NCBI GenBank assembly: GCA_949285935.1
Contig: CASEAH010000011.1
Location: 88,651 to 152,650 of the forward strand
Source of the DNA: an uncultured Oscillospiraceae bacterium
Lineage (GTDB): Bacteria > Bacillota > Clostridia > Oscillospirales > Ruminococcaceae
Direction: 5' to 3'
DNA length: 64,000 bases
The translations under genes and the position numbers were made by a program. The notes beneath the pieces were generated by a model. It made no database searches, was not told the origin of the DNA, and saw nothing but the letters and a program-made list of their open reading frames with translations. The first letter of the stretch is position 1. Each line of letters opens with the position of its first letter. Shown here in pieces: positions 30,487 through 40,242 of this stretch.

Positions 30487-33400
30487 ATGAAAAAGACCCG
30501 AAGAGCACTTGCTGCTTTTCTCACCGCGGCGCTGGCGCTGCAGATGTTCCCGGTAACGGCTTACGCCGCCAATCCCACCGTTACATGCTCCGGCGATAAC
30601 CATATCATTACCGCCGCGGATGGGGAGGCCTATACCCTGAAGGCCTGTACCACCACCACGTCGCATTTTATCACCGGCAACAACAACCCTGCCACTTCTC
30701 TGGTGGGGGGCAGCGGCGGTGATTATCTCTTCCTGGGTGCGGGCAATACCGCCACCGGAAACAGCGGTCGGGATGCCTTCGTTTTCCGCACCGATTCTCT
30801 TACCGCCACCACAGCCTATACCATCACCGATTTTAATCCCGCCGAGGATGTGATCATCCTTCAGAATCTGTCGGAGATGCCTGCCATCACCCCCGCGGAA
30901 TACAACAATCCCGTTACCCTTTCCTTTAAGCAGGGAGAGCAGGATGTCACTATCCGCCTGCAGAACTGTACTGCCGGCACCGACGCGGTGCAAGCCGCTG
31001 TGGTCCTCTCCGGAAATGCCGAAGGTCCCTGGGTCAAGTCGGTGTCCGTCTCGGGAGAAACCAAGGTGACCACCGGCAAGTCCGGCCCTACTCTGACGGC
31101 CAACGCCACCCTGTACACAGGGATTGGCGCGGACAAACTGGCTTATCAGTGGCAGCAGGACGGTAAGGATATTTCCGGCGCCACTGCCGCTTCCTATACC
31201 GTTCCCACGGACAAGGCCGGGACCTTCCAGTACCGCTGTGTCGTTACTGCCAACGGCAAAACCGCCCAAAGTCAGGAGACCAAGGTAACCATAGCCGACC
31301 CCACCTGCTCCGTGGTACCCACCAAAGCCAATATCGTTCTCAACTGTCCCAGCGCACTGGATGCCGCTGCCTACGATAACAGCGCCGCCTGCACGGCTTC
31401 CCTGACCAACCTGGGGGTATGCGACATTGCGGGCCATGCCGAAATAAACCATGATTACTCCGTTGTTCTTTCAGTCTCTCCTGCCGACCAGGGCGTCGCC
31501 ATCCAGGATGGCAAGCTGGTTCTGGATAAAGGCAAGCTGGGACAGGGCGAGCCTCTTACCTTTACCATTACCGCATCGGTAGTAAAAGGCAAGGAAAAGG
31601 TCGCCATCGATCCCTCCGCTGTCCAGACCGTTTCCCTGCAGATCACCCGGGACCTTCCCCAAACCTGCAATCAGAAAATCACCGGCCTGTCCAAGCCTGC
31701 CGGAGCGGACACCATCCCTCTGGACGCTGCTACCGGCACCGCCACCCAGGAATACCGCACAACCCCCACTTGGAATAACGGCGGCTGCACTACAGACGGA
31801 CACTCAGATGGCAACCTTCATGGAAAAACCATCGCCTGGCAGCTGCTGGGGGATCAGGACCAGGTCCTGACAAAAGAGCAGTATCCCGCGGGAATCTCTC
31901 TGAATGAGAAGCCAAATAATGACCCCACCGCTGTGGCCCTTACCGTTACCCGGGCAAACATGGCTGCCGATTCCGTCACTCTGAAGCTCCGGGCCACCTG
32001 CGACGGCATTACAGGTGAAGTCCTGACCATTGCCGTTAACCGTCTTACCGCCTGCGACAAAAAGGTGGAGTCCCTCTCCGCCAAATCCGGTGAGACCACC
32101 TTTACCGCCGGCAGCGCCACCGGTACCGCTGCTCTGGAATATGTGGTCACCGGTACCCTCAGCGGTGGCTGCAATGCCGGACACACGGATGGCGACAACC
32201 CCCTGAAGGGACACGGCATCCCGGTGACCTGGGCTGTCACCAAAGAAAACGGCGCTCCTCTGGACTCCGCCAGCGGCATCTCCATCGCCCCCAAGACCGA
32301 TGACAGCAGAGTAGGCGTTCTGTCTCTGGACCAGTCCAAGCTGCCTACTGAGCCTATGAAGATCAAAGTAACCGCTTCCGCCGGGGGCAAGAGTGTCTCC
32401 TGGACGGTTTCGGTCAGCCGGAATAAGACCTGCAGCTGGAGCACCCTGCCCACCAAGCTGGAGGCGGATCCCGCCCTTTCCGGCAACACCATCACGGTAA
32501 ACGGCAACGATACTGTCACCCATCAGTTCAAGGCTTCCTATAATCAGGCCAACGAGGGCCAGTGCGAATTCGGCTCCGCCGACCATCCCGGAAAGGTGAA
32601 CCATACCCTCAAGTGGGAGATCGTGGAAGCTGACGCCGCCAAGTGGGCCTCTATTGACCAAAATGGCAAGCTGACCATCCAGGGCAGCAAGATCCCTGCC
32701 TCCTCCAACACCCTTACGGTAAAGGTCTCTACCGGAGAAGGTTCCCAGACCCTGAAGCTTACCGTCAAGCATGAGACCCGCACCTGTACCCTCCGGTATA
32801 CCGATCTGGGACAGGTAAAGACCTCCACCGGGCTTACCGGCAGCGGCAAGGTCTATATCAGTTCTTCCACCACTACCATTACTCTGGACACCACCCGGAA
32901 GGCCACTACCGGTTCCTGCCAGTTTGGATCGGATGACCATTCTCAAAAGAGCAACCACACCATCGTCTGGTCCATTGCCGACAAGACTGTCCCCGACGGC
33001 GTGCGGCTGGAGGGCAACAAGCTGATCGTTACCCGTTCCGACCTGGACAGCAGCGAGGTAAAGGTTACGGTGAAAGCCACCGCCGGCAGCGAATCTGCTT
33101 CCGCCCAGCTGACCCTGGTGAAAAAGACCTCTTCTTCCGGCTCCGGCAGCGACAAAAACGATGATTATGAAGCCTGGGAAGATGTGTCCGATGAAATCGA
33201 TGATGCCCGCAGCGGAGATACCGTTTCCGTCAAGATGGGCAGCAACACCGATATGCCCGCCAGTATCCTCAAGGATCTGAAGGGGCGCAATGTGACCCTG
33301 AAGGTGTCGGTAAACGGCGGATACACCTGGACGGTCAACGGCAAGAGCGTGGGCAAGGTTCCGGATTATCAGATTTACATCCCCCTGCGGGTGGATGAAA

Positions 33401-33996
33401 TCAGCGATTCTCACCTTTCCAAGCTGGCCAAAGACCGGGATATCGCCATCCTGGATCTCCAGTATGAGGGCTCCTTCTACTGCGATATGAAGCTGAAGGT
33501 ACCCCTGAGCAGCCAGTACGCCGGCAAGACCGTTTACCTCTACCGGTACAACGAGTCTTCCGATAAGCTGGTCTATACCGCCAGCGTCAAGGCCGACGAC
33601 AACGGTTATGCCACCTTCCCCCTGGACAGCGCCCATACCTATGTCATTACCTCCAAGGCGCTGAGCAGCGGTGACGGCGCTACGGTGGCCTCCTCTTCTT
33701 CCTCCACCTATGTTCCCCCGGCATCCTCCGTCCCGCCCGCCAGTTCTTCTTCCAGTTCCTCTTCGTCTTCTTCCAGCTCTTCCAGTTCCTCCAGCAGCGA
33801 GAGTTCTTCCAGCAGCGAAAGCTCTTCCTCTTCTGAGGCCTCTGAGCCTGCCATCGCGGAGCCTGACGAAGAGCAAACCGCCAAAAAAGGGCTGCCCATC
33901 ATCGTGCCCATCCTCATCGTCGTCATCGCCCTGGTCATTATCGCGGTGGTGATCCTCTCCAGAGGCGGCGGCTTCGGCAAACGGTACGATGACTGA
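30487..33996 (+). CDS. Large cell-surface protein: Sec signal, RTX-like cap, Ig-like repeats, Ser-rich linker, C-terminal TM anchor
   Basis: MKKTRR..AYA signal after AAGGAGG; YQWQQDG..GATAASY..YRCVVT Ig domain; five ~120-aa Cys/His repeats; LPIIVPILIVVIALVIIAVVIL TM. Confidence 0.88.
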   Translation: MKKTRRALAAFLTAALALQMFPVTAYAANPTVTCSGDNHIITAADGEAYTLKACTTTTSHFITGNNNPATSLVGGSGGDYLFLGAGNTATGNSGRDAFVFRTDSLTATTAYTITDFNPAEDVIILQNLSEMPAITPAEYNNPVTLSFKQGEQDVTIRLQNCTAGTDAVQAAVVLSGNAEGPWVKSVSVSGETKVTTGKSGPTLTANATLYTGIGADKLAYQWQQDGKDISGATAASYTVPTDKAGTFQYRCVVTANGKTAQSQETKVTIADPTCSVVPTKANIVLNCPSALDAAAYDNSAACTASLTNLGVCDIAGHAEINHDYSVVLSVSPADQGVAIQDGKLVLDKGKLGQGEPLTFTITASVVKGKEKVAIDPSAVQTVSLQITRDLPQTCNQKITGLSKPAGADTIPLDAATGTATQEYRTTPTWNNGGCTTDGHSDGNLHGKTIAWQLLGDQDQVLTKEQYPAGISLNEKPNNDPTAVALTVTRANMAADSVTLKLRATCDGITGEVLTIAVNRLTACDKKVESLSAKSGETTFTAGSATGTAALEYVVTGTLSGGCNAGHTDGDNPLKGHGIPVTWAVTKENGAPLDSASGISIAPKTDDSRVGVLSLDQSKLPTEPMKIKVTASAGGKSVSWTVSVSRNKTCSWSTLPTKLEADPALSGNTITVNGNDTVTHQFKASYNQANEGQCEFGSADHPGKVNHTLKWEIVEADAAKWASIDQNGKLTIQGSKIPASSNTLTVKVSTGEGSQTLKLTVKHETRTCTLRYTDLGQVKTSTGLTGSGKVYISSSTTTITLDTTRKATTGSCQFGSDDHSQKSNHTIVWSIADKTVPDGVRLEGNKLIVTRSDLDSSEVKVTVKATAGSESASAQLTLVKKTSSSGSGSDKNDDYEAWEDVSDEIDDARSGDTVSVKMGSNTDMPASILKDLKGRNVTLKVSVNGGYTWTVNGKSVGKVPDYQIYIPLRVDEISDSHLSKLAKDRDIAILDLQYEGSFYCDMKLKVPLSSQYAGKTVYLYRYNESSDKLVYTASVKADDNGYATFPLDSAHTYVITSKALSSGDGATVASSSSSTYVPPASSVPPASSSSSSSSSSSSSSSSSSSESSSSSESSSSSEASEPAIAEPDEEQTAKKGLPIIVPILIVVIALVIIAVVILSRGGGFGKRYDD

Positions 33997-34022
33997 TTCC
34001 TTCTAAGTTTACACTCTGTTCA

Positions 34023-34101
34023 TTGAATTCCCCAAGACCGGGCAGTATAATGAAAAAAGAATCACAGCAGAACAAAGGGAGCTTCGGCTTCCTTTGTTTT
34101 T
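34023..34101 (+). promoter_or_regulatory. SigA promoter followed by a terminator-like hairpin upstream of MATE
   Basis: TTGAAT-17nt-TATAAT; AACAAAGGGAGC-TTCG-GCTTCCTTTGTT plus T tract. Confidence 0.6.
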
Positions 34102-34139
34102 GCATGTAAAACCTGCGAGAAATCTTGGGAGGGATCATT

Positions 34140-35510
34140 GTGGCTTCTTCTGAGCAGGAAAAGGACAAATTAGGCACCGGCAGCGTGGTAAAGCTGGTGT
34201 TTGAGCTTGCCATTCCTTCTGTCACCGCGCAGCTTATCAATCTTCTGTACAATATTGTAGACCGGATCTATATCGGCAATATGCCGGTAGTGGGCGACCT
34301 GGCCCTTACGGGTGTAGGAGTCACCTTCCCCATTATTATGATCATTTCCGCTTTTTCCGCCTTTGTGGGCATGGGCGGCGCGCCCCTGGCCTCCATCCGC
34401 ATGGGGGCCGGAGACCAGGAGGGCGCTCAGCGGATTTTGGGCACCGGAACGGTCATGCTTACCGCTATTTCCCTGATCCTCACGGTTTTGTTTTCCATTT
34501 TCCGGGATCCGCTGCTCCTTGCCTTTGGTGCCAGTGAAAATACCCTTCCCTATGGCAGCGCCTATCTGGGCATCTATCTGATGGGTACCATTTTTGTTCA
34601 GTTTGCCCTGGGCCTCAATCCTTTTATCTCCGCCCAGGGATATGCCAAAACCGCCATGCTCTCGGTCCTTATCGGCGCGGTCACCAACATCGTTTTGGAC
34701 CCTATCCTGATCTTCGGACTGAATATGGGAGTTCGGGGCGCTGCTGTGGCCACCATCCTTTCTCAGGCTCTCTCCGCCCTGTGGGTGGTGCGCTTCCTCA
34801 GTTCTTCCAAAAGCGGTCTGCGCATTCAGCGCAAATATCTCCGCCTTGACCCCCGTATCGCCCTGTCTATAGCGGCTCTGGGCGTTTCGCCCTTTGTTAT
34901 GCAGGCCACCGAAAGCGCTGTACAGGTAGTCCTTAACTCGGGCCTGCAGCAGTATGGCGGCGACCTGCACGTGGGCGCCATGACCATCTGCCTGAGTGTC
35001 CTCCAGCTCATCACCATGCCCGCTCAGGGCTTCACCCAAGGCGCACAGCCGGTTCTCAGCTATAATTTCGGCGCAAACAAGCCGGAGCGGGTCCGTACCG
35101 GCTTTAAGGTAATGCTTTGCTGTACTCTGGCCTTTACCTGCCTGGGCTGGAGTGTCTGCCGCTTCTTTCCTCAGGTCCTGGCCCGGATCTTTACTCCCAA
35201 GGAAGAGTTGATCGCTCTCACTGCCCAGGTATTGCCCATTTTTATGTTCGGCATCTTTATTTTTGGGGCCCAGATGGCTTGCCAGTCCACCTTTCTGGCT
35301 TTGGGGCAGGCCAAAATTTCCCTGTTCCTGGCCTTGCTGCGTAAGGTATTCCTTCTGATTCCTCTGGCTCTTTTACTGCCGCTGCGCTTTGGGGCAATGG
35401 GGATCTACTATGCCGAACCCGCCGCCGATATCATCGCCGCCCTCACCACTCTTACACTCTTTTTGTTGAACATCCGCAAAATTCTGGACAAGGAGCGCCA
35501 TCAAAGCTAA
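34140..35510 (+). CDS. MATE family efflux transporter (MepA-like)
   Basis: LAIPSVTAQLINLLYNIVDRIYIG, NIVLDPILIF, QGAQPVLSYNFGA; about 12 TM. Confidence 0.92.
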   Translation: MASSEQEKDKLGTGSVVKLVFELAIPSVTAQLINLLYNIVDRIYIGNMPVVGDLALTGVGVTFPIIMIISAFSAFVGMGGAPLASIRMGAGDQEGAQRILGTGTVMLTAISLILTVLFSIFRDPLLLAFGASENTLPYGSAYLGIYLMGTIFVQFALGLNPFISAQGYAKTAMLSVLIGAVTNIVLDPILIFGLNMGVRGAAVATILSQALSALWVVRFLSSSKSGLRIQRKYLRLDPRIALSIAALGVSPFVMQATESAVQVVLNSGLQQYGGDLHVGAMTICLSVLQLITMPAQGFTQGAQPVLSYNFGANKPERVRTGFKVMLCCTLAFTCLGWSVCRFFPQVLARIFTPKEELIALTAQVLPIFMFGIFIFGAQMACQSTFLALGQAKISLFLALLRKVFLLIPLALLLPLRFGAMGIYYAEPAADIIAALTTLTLFLLNIRKILDKERHQS

Positions 35511-36515
35511 GCGAAACTCCATCTGCTGTTGCTTCTGATGGTTTGCTTCCGGAATTTGAGAAACTCCACCTTCCAATTTTGCCTCCGAAAAATCCAAAAG
35601 CCGCAGCTGCCTGTGGATTTCCATTCCAACCTGGCACAGCTGCGGCTTTTCTCTATTTTGTGCTTTTTGACGCAAAACCCTCCATATGCTTCCGGACAGC
35701 AAGGGCAAAGAAAATTTACATGGGAGGCTGTGTTGATAAAGAAATCCAGGAGCCTCCGCTGTGTATTCTGTCTGGGCAGTCCCCTCCTTTTCATGAATGC
35801 CTGATTTATCAACCCAAGTTTCCCTATTGGGTTTCTTGCACCTTTTTCTCTGCCCTCAAAGATTTTCCGGGATCACAATTAGGCAACCCTGGGACTAAAG
35901 AAAGGGCAGTGGTAAAAGAGGCTTATTATAAAAATCGTTTCCTGAAAATATCATACACAAAAGCCGAAGCGTTTTGAGGAATTTCAGCTCAAAAGGCTCC
36001 GGCTTTAATATTAGGGATTGCTTTGCTGGACCGTTGCTATGCTTTTATTGGATGGTCGTTCCTTCGGCAGCAGGAGTTCATGAACAGCGGCGGAATGTCC
36101 GCCGCTGCTGCCGATGTAACTAAAGGTGAACGTTCAGCAAGGATCTTCAGGCGCAGAAAGCCTCCGCCGCCAAAGTTTGGCGACGCTAAGCGGTTGGTAT
36201 GCCAAACAGCAAAGGGGGTAGGGGTACGGGGGTGCAAAGCTTTCTTATGCACTTTAGGTGGGTTCCCAAGATTTCTGCACGCTCCCGGTTGTGGAATCAG
36301 GAAAGGGCTTTCATCGTCACTATAACAAGCCAACCACCGGGGAGTATAGGAGAAAAATTTCATTGGAAGAGCTATGGTCTGCCCGGTCCATAGCAGGATT
36401 TCGTCAGCAAGAGCAGCTGCTCTTCCCCGCCGGCCATACCCACTTTTTCTTATGCCATAACGGTTCCTGAAAATATCCCACAAAAGTATACTGCGACCCT
36501 CACCCGCTCCAAAAT

Positions 36516-37232
36516 TCAGGGCTTTGCTCGTTTTTTACGCCATTGGCGATAGCCCCATGCCGACACACCCGAAATCAGCAGAGTCATCACACAGGAAAAA
36601 ACGAAGGCGGGGGAGGATGGATCTGTAATGGATGCTCCCATCAGGGTAGTGGCAGCCATGGCAGGAAAGAGCCCTATCAGCGAACCCAACAGGTATCGGG
36701 CATAGTTCACCCCCATGGCGCCCAACAGCATGCTCACCAGGTCCCCCGGAAGGATGTTGATGATTCGGGTAAAGTAGGAAAAGAAAAAGCCGCTTTCTCC
36801 CTGAAGCTCCCGTAAAAACCGCCCACCCTTGTGGCGGCTGACCAACTGCTCCACATACTCCCGGCCATAGAAGCGGCCCAGGGCGTAGGGGATGCTCACC
36901 GTCAGGAAGAGGCCAGCCAGGTTGGCCAGAATCGCTGCCGGCGGTGAAAACAGGACCCCCGCGCTGATGTATAAAACCGCCAGGGGGAATACCACCGTCA
37001 CCGACTTAACGACATATAACCCCATTAGTCCCGCCACGGCAAGCCAGAGATTGGCCGGCTCATAGGCCAGGATCTCCTCCACTGTCATGCCTTTGAGCAC
37101 ATGGCCGTAGCGAAGCCATACCCAACCGGCTGCAACCAGCGGAGCAAGACGTACCGCCCAAAGCAGCAGGGACAGCAGTTTTCCACCCGGTTTCCGGGCC
37201 TTGTCGCTGCTTTTTTCCTTCCCCGCCGGCAT
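36516..37232 (-). CDS. TVP38/DedA (VTT-domain) membrane protein
   Basis: VVFP..LYISAGVLF, YALGRFYG, RIINILPGDLVS. Confidence 0.8.
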   Translation of the reverse strand: MPAGKEKSSDKARKPGGKLLSLLLWAVRLAPLVAAGWVWLRYGHVLKGMTVEEILAYEPANLWLAVAGLMGLYVVKSVTVVFPLAVLYISAGVLFSPPAAILANLAGLFLTVSIPYALGRFYGREYVEQLVSRHKGGRFLRELQGESGFFFSYFTRIINILPGDLVSMLLGAMGVNYARYLLGSLIGLFPAMAATTLMGASITDPSSPAFVFSCVMTLLISGVSAWGYRQWRKKRAKP

Positions 37233-37233
37233 A

Positions 37234-38109
37234 TCAGGTCACCTTGTCTTCTGTGATATACCGGAAGCCTTCGCCCAGGATTTCACTGGCTTCCGCCACG
37301 ATGACAAAGGCATTGGGGTCCGCCGCCCGGACGATCTCGTTGAGCTTGTGGTACTCCTGAGCCCGGATGGCACAGAGGATCATGTCCCGGGGCTGGCGGG
37401 AATAAGCGCCTTCCGATTTGAGGAAGGTAACGCCCCGTTCCATCTGGTCAATAATGGCTTTGCTGATCTCCTGCTCCTTGGCGGAGATGATCATCACCAC
37501 CTTGCCGGTGTTGAGGCCGAAGAGGATGCTGTCCAGCGTCCTGGCGGAGGTAAAGATGCAGATAAGACCGTACAGGCCGGCTTCAATATTCTGAAATACT
37601 ACCACTGACGCACACAGAATCACCGCATCCACCGTCATCATGGCTTTGCCGATGGGCACGCCCCGGAACTTCAGCTGGATCAGCCGGGAAAGGATATCGG
37701 TACCGCCGGTGGTGGATCCCCGCATGAATACGATTGCAAGACCGGTACCTATCAGGACGCCTCCCAGCAGGGCGGACAGGATATAATCGCCGCCATAGAC
37801 AGGGATCAGCGGCGCAACATAGTTGAGGATCACCGACATGAAAAAGACACTTTTCAGGGTCTTCAGTGTAAACTCACGCCCCAGGAATTTCCACGCCAAC
37901 AGGATCAGAGGGATGTTGATACACATGGTGATGGTACCCAAAGGAACGCCGGTAAGGTAATTGACAATAACGGCAATACCCGAGACTCCTCCCGGGGCGA
38001 TTTCTTTGGGTGCTGCAAAAGAACTCAATCCAATAGAGAAAATAACATTTCCTACAATGTCATACAACACATCTATCGCAAAGGTTTTTGCATTGTATTT
38101 CTGCTTCAA
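37234..38109 (-). CDS. YitT family membrane protein
   Basis: APGGVSGIA, NIPLILL, GSTTGGTDIL, RGVT..GAYS, DPNAFVIV. Confidence 0.9.
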   Translation of the reverse strand: MKQKYNAKTFAIDVLYDIVGNVIFSIGLSSFAAPKEIAPGGVSGIAVIVNYLTGVPLGTITMCINIPLILLAWKFLGREFTLKTLKSVFFMSVILNYVAPLIPVYGGDYILSALLGGVLIGTGLAIVFMRGSTTGGTDILSRLIQLKFRGVPIGKAMMTVDAVILCASVVVFQNIEAGLYGLICIFTSARTLDSILFGLNTGKVVMIISAKEQEISKAIIDQMERGVTFLKSEGAYSRQPRDMILCAIRAQEYHKLNEIVRAADPNAFVIVAEASEILGEGFRYITEDKVT

Positions 38110-38549
38110 TCCTGTTCTGCCTCCTTACCTGTCACATCACCGCCGGATTCCGGGAGATCTCCCTGGGCAATCCGCCCAAACAGTTCCCTCATCCGTGCTT
38201 CCTGTCCTGAAAGATACAAATAACCAAACAGAGCTTCCAGTCCGGTGGCTCTGCGATACTGAGCCGGGTCGGCATGCTTGGGCATAGATGCCGAGTGGGC
38301 GTTGCGTCCCCGCCGGTAAACTGCTTCTTCCTCCTGGGTCAGCAAAGGAAGCAGGAGCTCCACAGCATCCGATTGTGCCCGGGCACAAACCATCTCGACA
38401 GCCCTCTGGTGCAGCCGGTTCACCGGCATACTGCCTCCTGCGGTCAAATACTCCCGTACCAACAGCCCATAAACTCCATCCCCCACGAAGGCCAGATTCA
38501 GCGGGCTCATCAAACGGGGGGGCTCTGTCCGCTGCATTTGCGCAGTCAT
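38106..38549 (-). CDS. mrnC: Mini-ribonuclease III
   Basis: LAFVGDGVY, V.A.AQ, RRGRNAH, YRRATGLEALFGYLYL. Confidence 0.92.
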   Translation of the reverse strand: MTAQMQRTEPPRLMSPLNLAFVGDGVYGLLVREYLTAGGSMPVNRLHQRAVEMVCARAQSDAVELLLPLLTQEEEAVYRRGRNAHSASMPKHADPAQYRRATGLEALFGYLYLSGQEARMRELFGRIAQGDLPESGGDVTGKEAEQD

Positions 38550-38567
38550 TGGTTCGTCCCTCCCCTT

Positions 38568-39848
38568 TTACGGCACGTAATCAAATTCAAACCCCAGGAT
38601 GCTGACCGTATCCCCTTCCTGGATCCCCATTTCTTCCAGACGGTCAATGATTCCGCTCTGGCGCAGCACCCGCTGGAAGTATTGCAAAGACTCATAGTCA
38701 TCCATATTGACCATTCCCAAAGCATACATCAGCCAGTCTGCCTCCACGATATACACGCCGTCTTCCACCCGGACTTCAAACTCGTTGCGGCGCACCGCAG
38801 CCAGGCGCTGCTCTTCCGGCACAATCTCCGGCTGGTATTCCGCAATGGGAGGCAGGTCCCGGAGCCGCCGGGCTATGGCATACACCAATTCCTGGGTTCC
38901 CTCAGAAATGGGGGCACAGATTTCGTACAGTTCCAGTCCTTTTCCCTCCACGTAGGCGCGGAATTCTTCCAGCTGCTGTGGAGTTGCCATGTCACACTTA
39001 TTGGCTGCCACGATCATGGGCCGGGCCGCCAAATCGGGGTCCCAGTTTTCCAGTTCCCGGCAGATAATCTCAAAATCCTCCACCGGGTCCCGGCCTTCGC
39101 TGCCGGATACATCCACCACATGAACGATGAGGCGGCAGCGGTCCACATGACGGAGGAACTCGTGCCCCAGTCCAACACCGCCGCTGGCTCCTTCGATCAG
39201 GCCGGGGATGTCCGCCATTACAAAGCTTTGGTTGTCATCCACACGCACCACACCCAGCACAGGCACCAGCGTGGTAAAGTGGTAGTTGGCAATTTCCGGC
39301 TTGGCAGAGCTGACTACCGAAATGAGGGTAGATTTTCCTACATTGGGGAAGCCCACCAGTCCCACATCGGCCAACAGCTTCAGTTCCAGCTCCACTTCGT
39401 ATTTCTCTCCCGGCAGGCCGGGTTTGGAAAAACGGGGGATCTGTCGGGTGGGAGTGGCAAAATGACTGTTGCCCCAGCCGCCCTTGCCGCCCCGTGCCAC
39501 CACCACCGGTTCCGGGCCGGACACATCCGCCAGGATCCTGCCTGTATCCGCTTCCCGCACCACCGTGCCCCGGGGGACGCGGATCACCAGCATGGGGGCA
39601 CTTTTGCCGGAGCATTTTTTGGTACCGCCGGGCTGTCCATTTTCGGCAAAATACCGTTTCTTATATTTGAAATTGATGAGACTGCTCAGGTTGGTATCCG
39701 CCACAAAGGCCACATCGCCGCCTTTGCCGCCGTCGCCGCCGTCCGGGCCGCCCGCCGCCACATACTTTTCTCTGTGGAAGGAAACGGCCCCCGCGCCGCC
39801 ATCTCCGGCCCGGATGGAAATTCTTGCCTTATCTACAAACGCGCTCAT
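38568..39848 (-). CDS. obgE: GTPase ObgE/CgtA
   Basis: Gly-rich GGPDGGDGG, LADVGLVGFPNVGKST, DIPGLIEGAS, NKCD, C-terminal OCT domain. Confidence 0.97.
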   Translation of the reverse strand: MSAFVDKARISIRAGDGGAGAVSFHREKYVAAGGPDGGDGGKGGDVAFVADTNLSSLINFKYKKRYFAENGQPGGTKKCSGKSAPMLVIRVPRGTVVREADTGRILADVSGPEPVVVARGGKGGWGNSHFATPTRQIPRFSKPGLPGEKYEVELELKLLADVGLVGFPNVGKSTLISVVSSAKPEIANYHFTTLVPVLGVVRVDDNQSFVMADIPGLIEGASGGVGLGHEFLRHVDRCRLIVHVVDVSGSEGRDPVEDFEIICRELENWDPDLAARPMIVAANKCDMATPQQLEEFRAYVEGKGLELYEICAPISEGTQELVYAIARRLRDLPPIAEYQPEIVPEEQRLAAVRRNEFEVRVEDGVYIVEADWLMYALGMVNMDDYESLQYFQRVLRQSGIIDRLEEMGIQEGDTVSILGFEFDYVP

Positions 39849-39910
39849 TGGGGACCTCCTTTATTTGACGCTCTACCGCTTTACAATGATTATTTTGCCC
39901 AAAAAGGAAA

Positions 39911-39937
39911 CAAATCCCGGTTGAACCCCGGGATTTG
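39911..39937 (-). terminator. Terminator after rpmA
   Basis: CAAATCCCGG/CCGGGATTTG stem. Confidence 0.65.
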
Positions 39938-39955
39938 CTTTGATTCGCTGTTGTC

Positions 39956-40210
39956 TCAGGCGGTGTAAACAGAAACCTTCTTGCGGTCTTTGCCCATCCG
40001 CTCGAATCTTACCTTGCCGTCCACCAGGGCAAACAGGGTGTCGTCGGAACCGATGCCCACGTTGGTACCGGGATGGATATGGGTGCCTCTCTGCCGGACC
40101 AGAATGTTGCCGGCCAGAACAGACTGTCCGTCCGCTCTCTTGACGCCCAACCGTTTGGATTCGGAATCACGTCCGTTTTTGGTAGAGCCTACGCCTTTTT
40201 TATGTGCCAT
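39956..40210 (-). CDS. rpmA: 50S ribosomal protein L27
   Basis: [27 protein letters not shown]. Confidence 0.98.
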   Translation of the reverse strand: MAHKKGVGSTKNGRDSESKRLGVKRADGQSVLAGNILVRQRGTHIHPGTNVGIGSDDTLFALVDGKVRFERMGKDRKKVSVYTA

Positions 40211-40242
40211 GGATTAACACCTCTCTTTTCTCTTTGTTTCTA

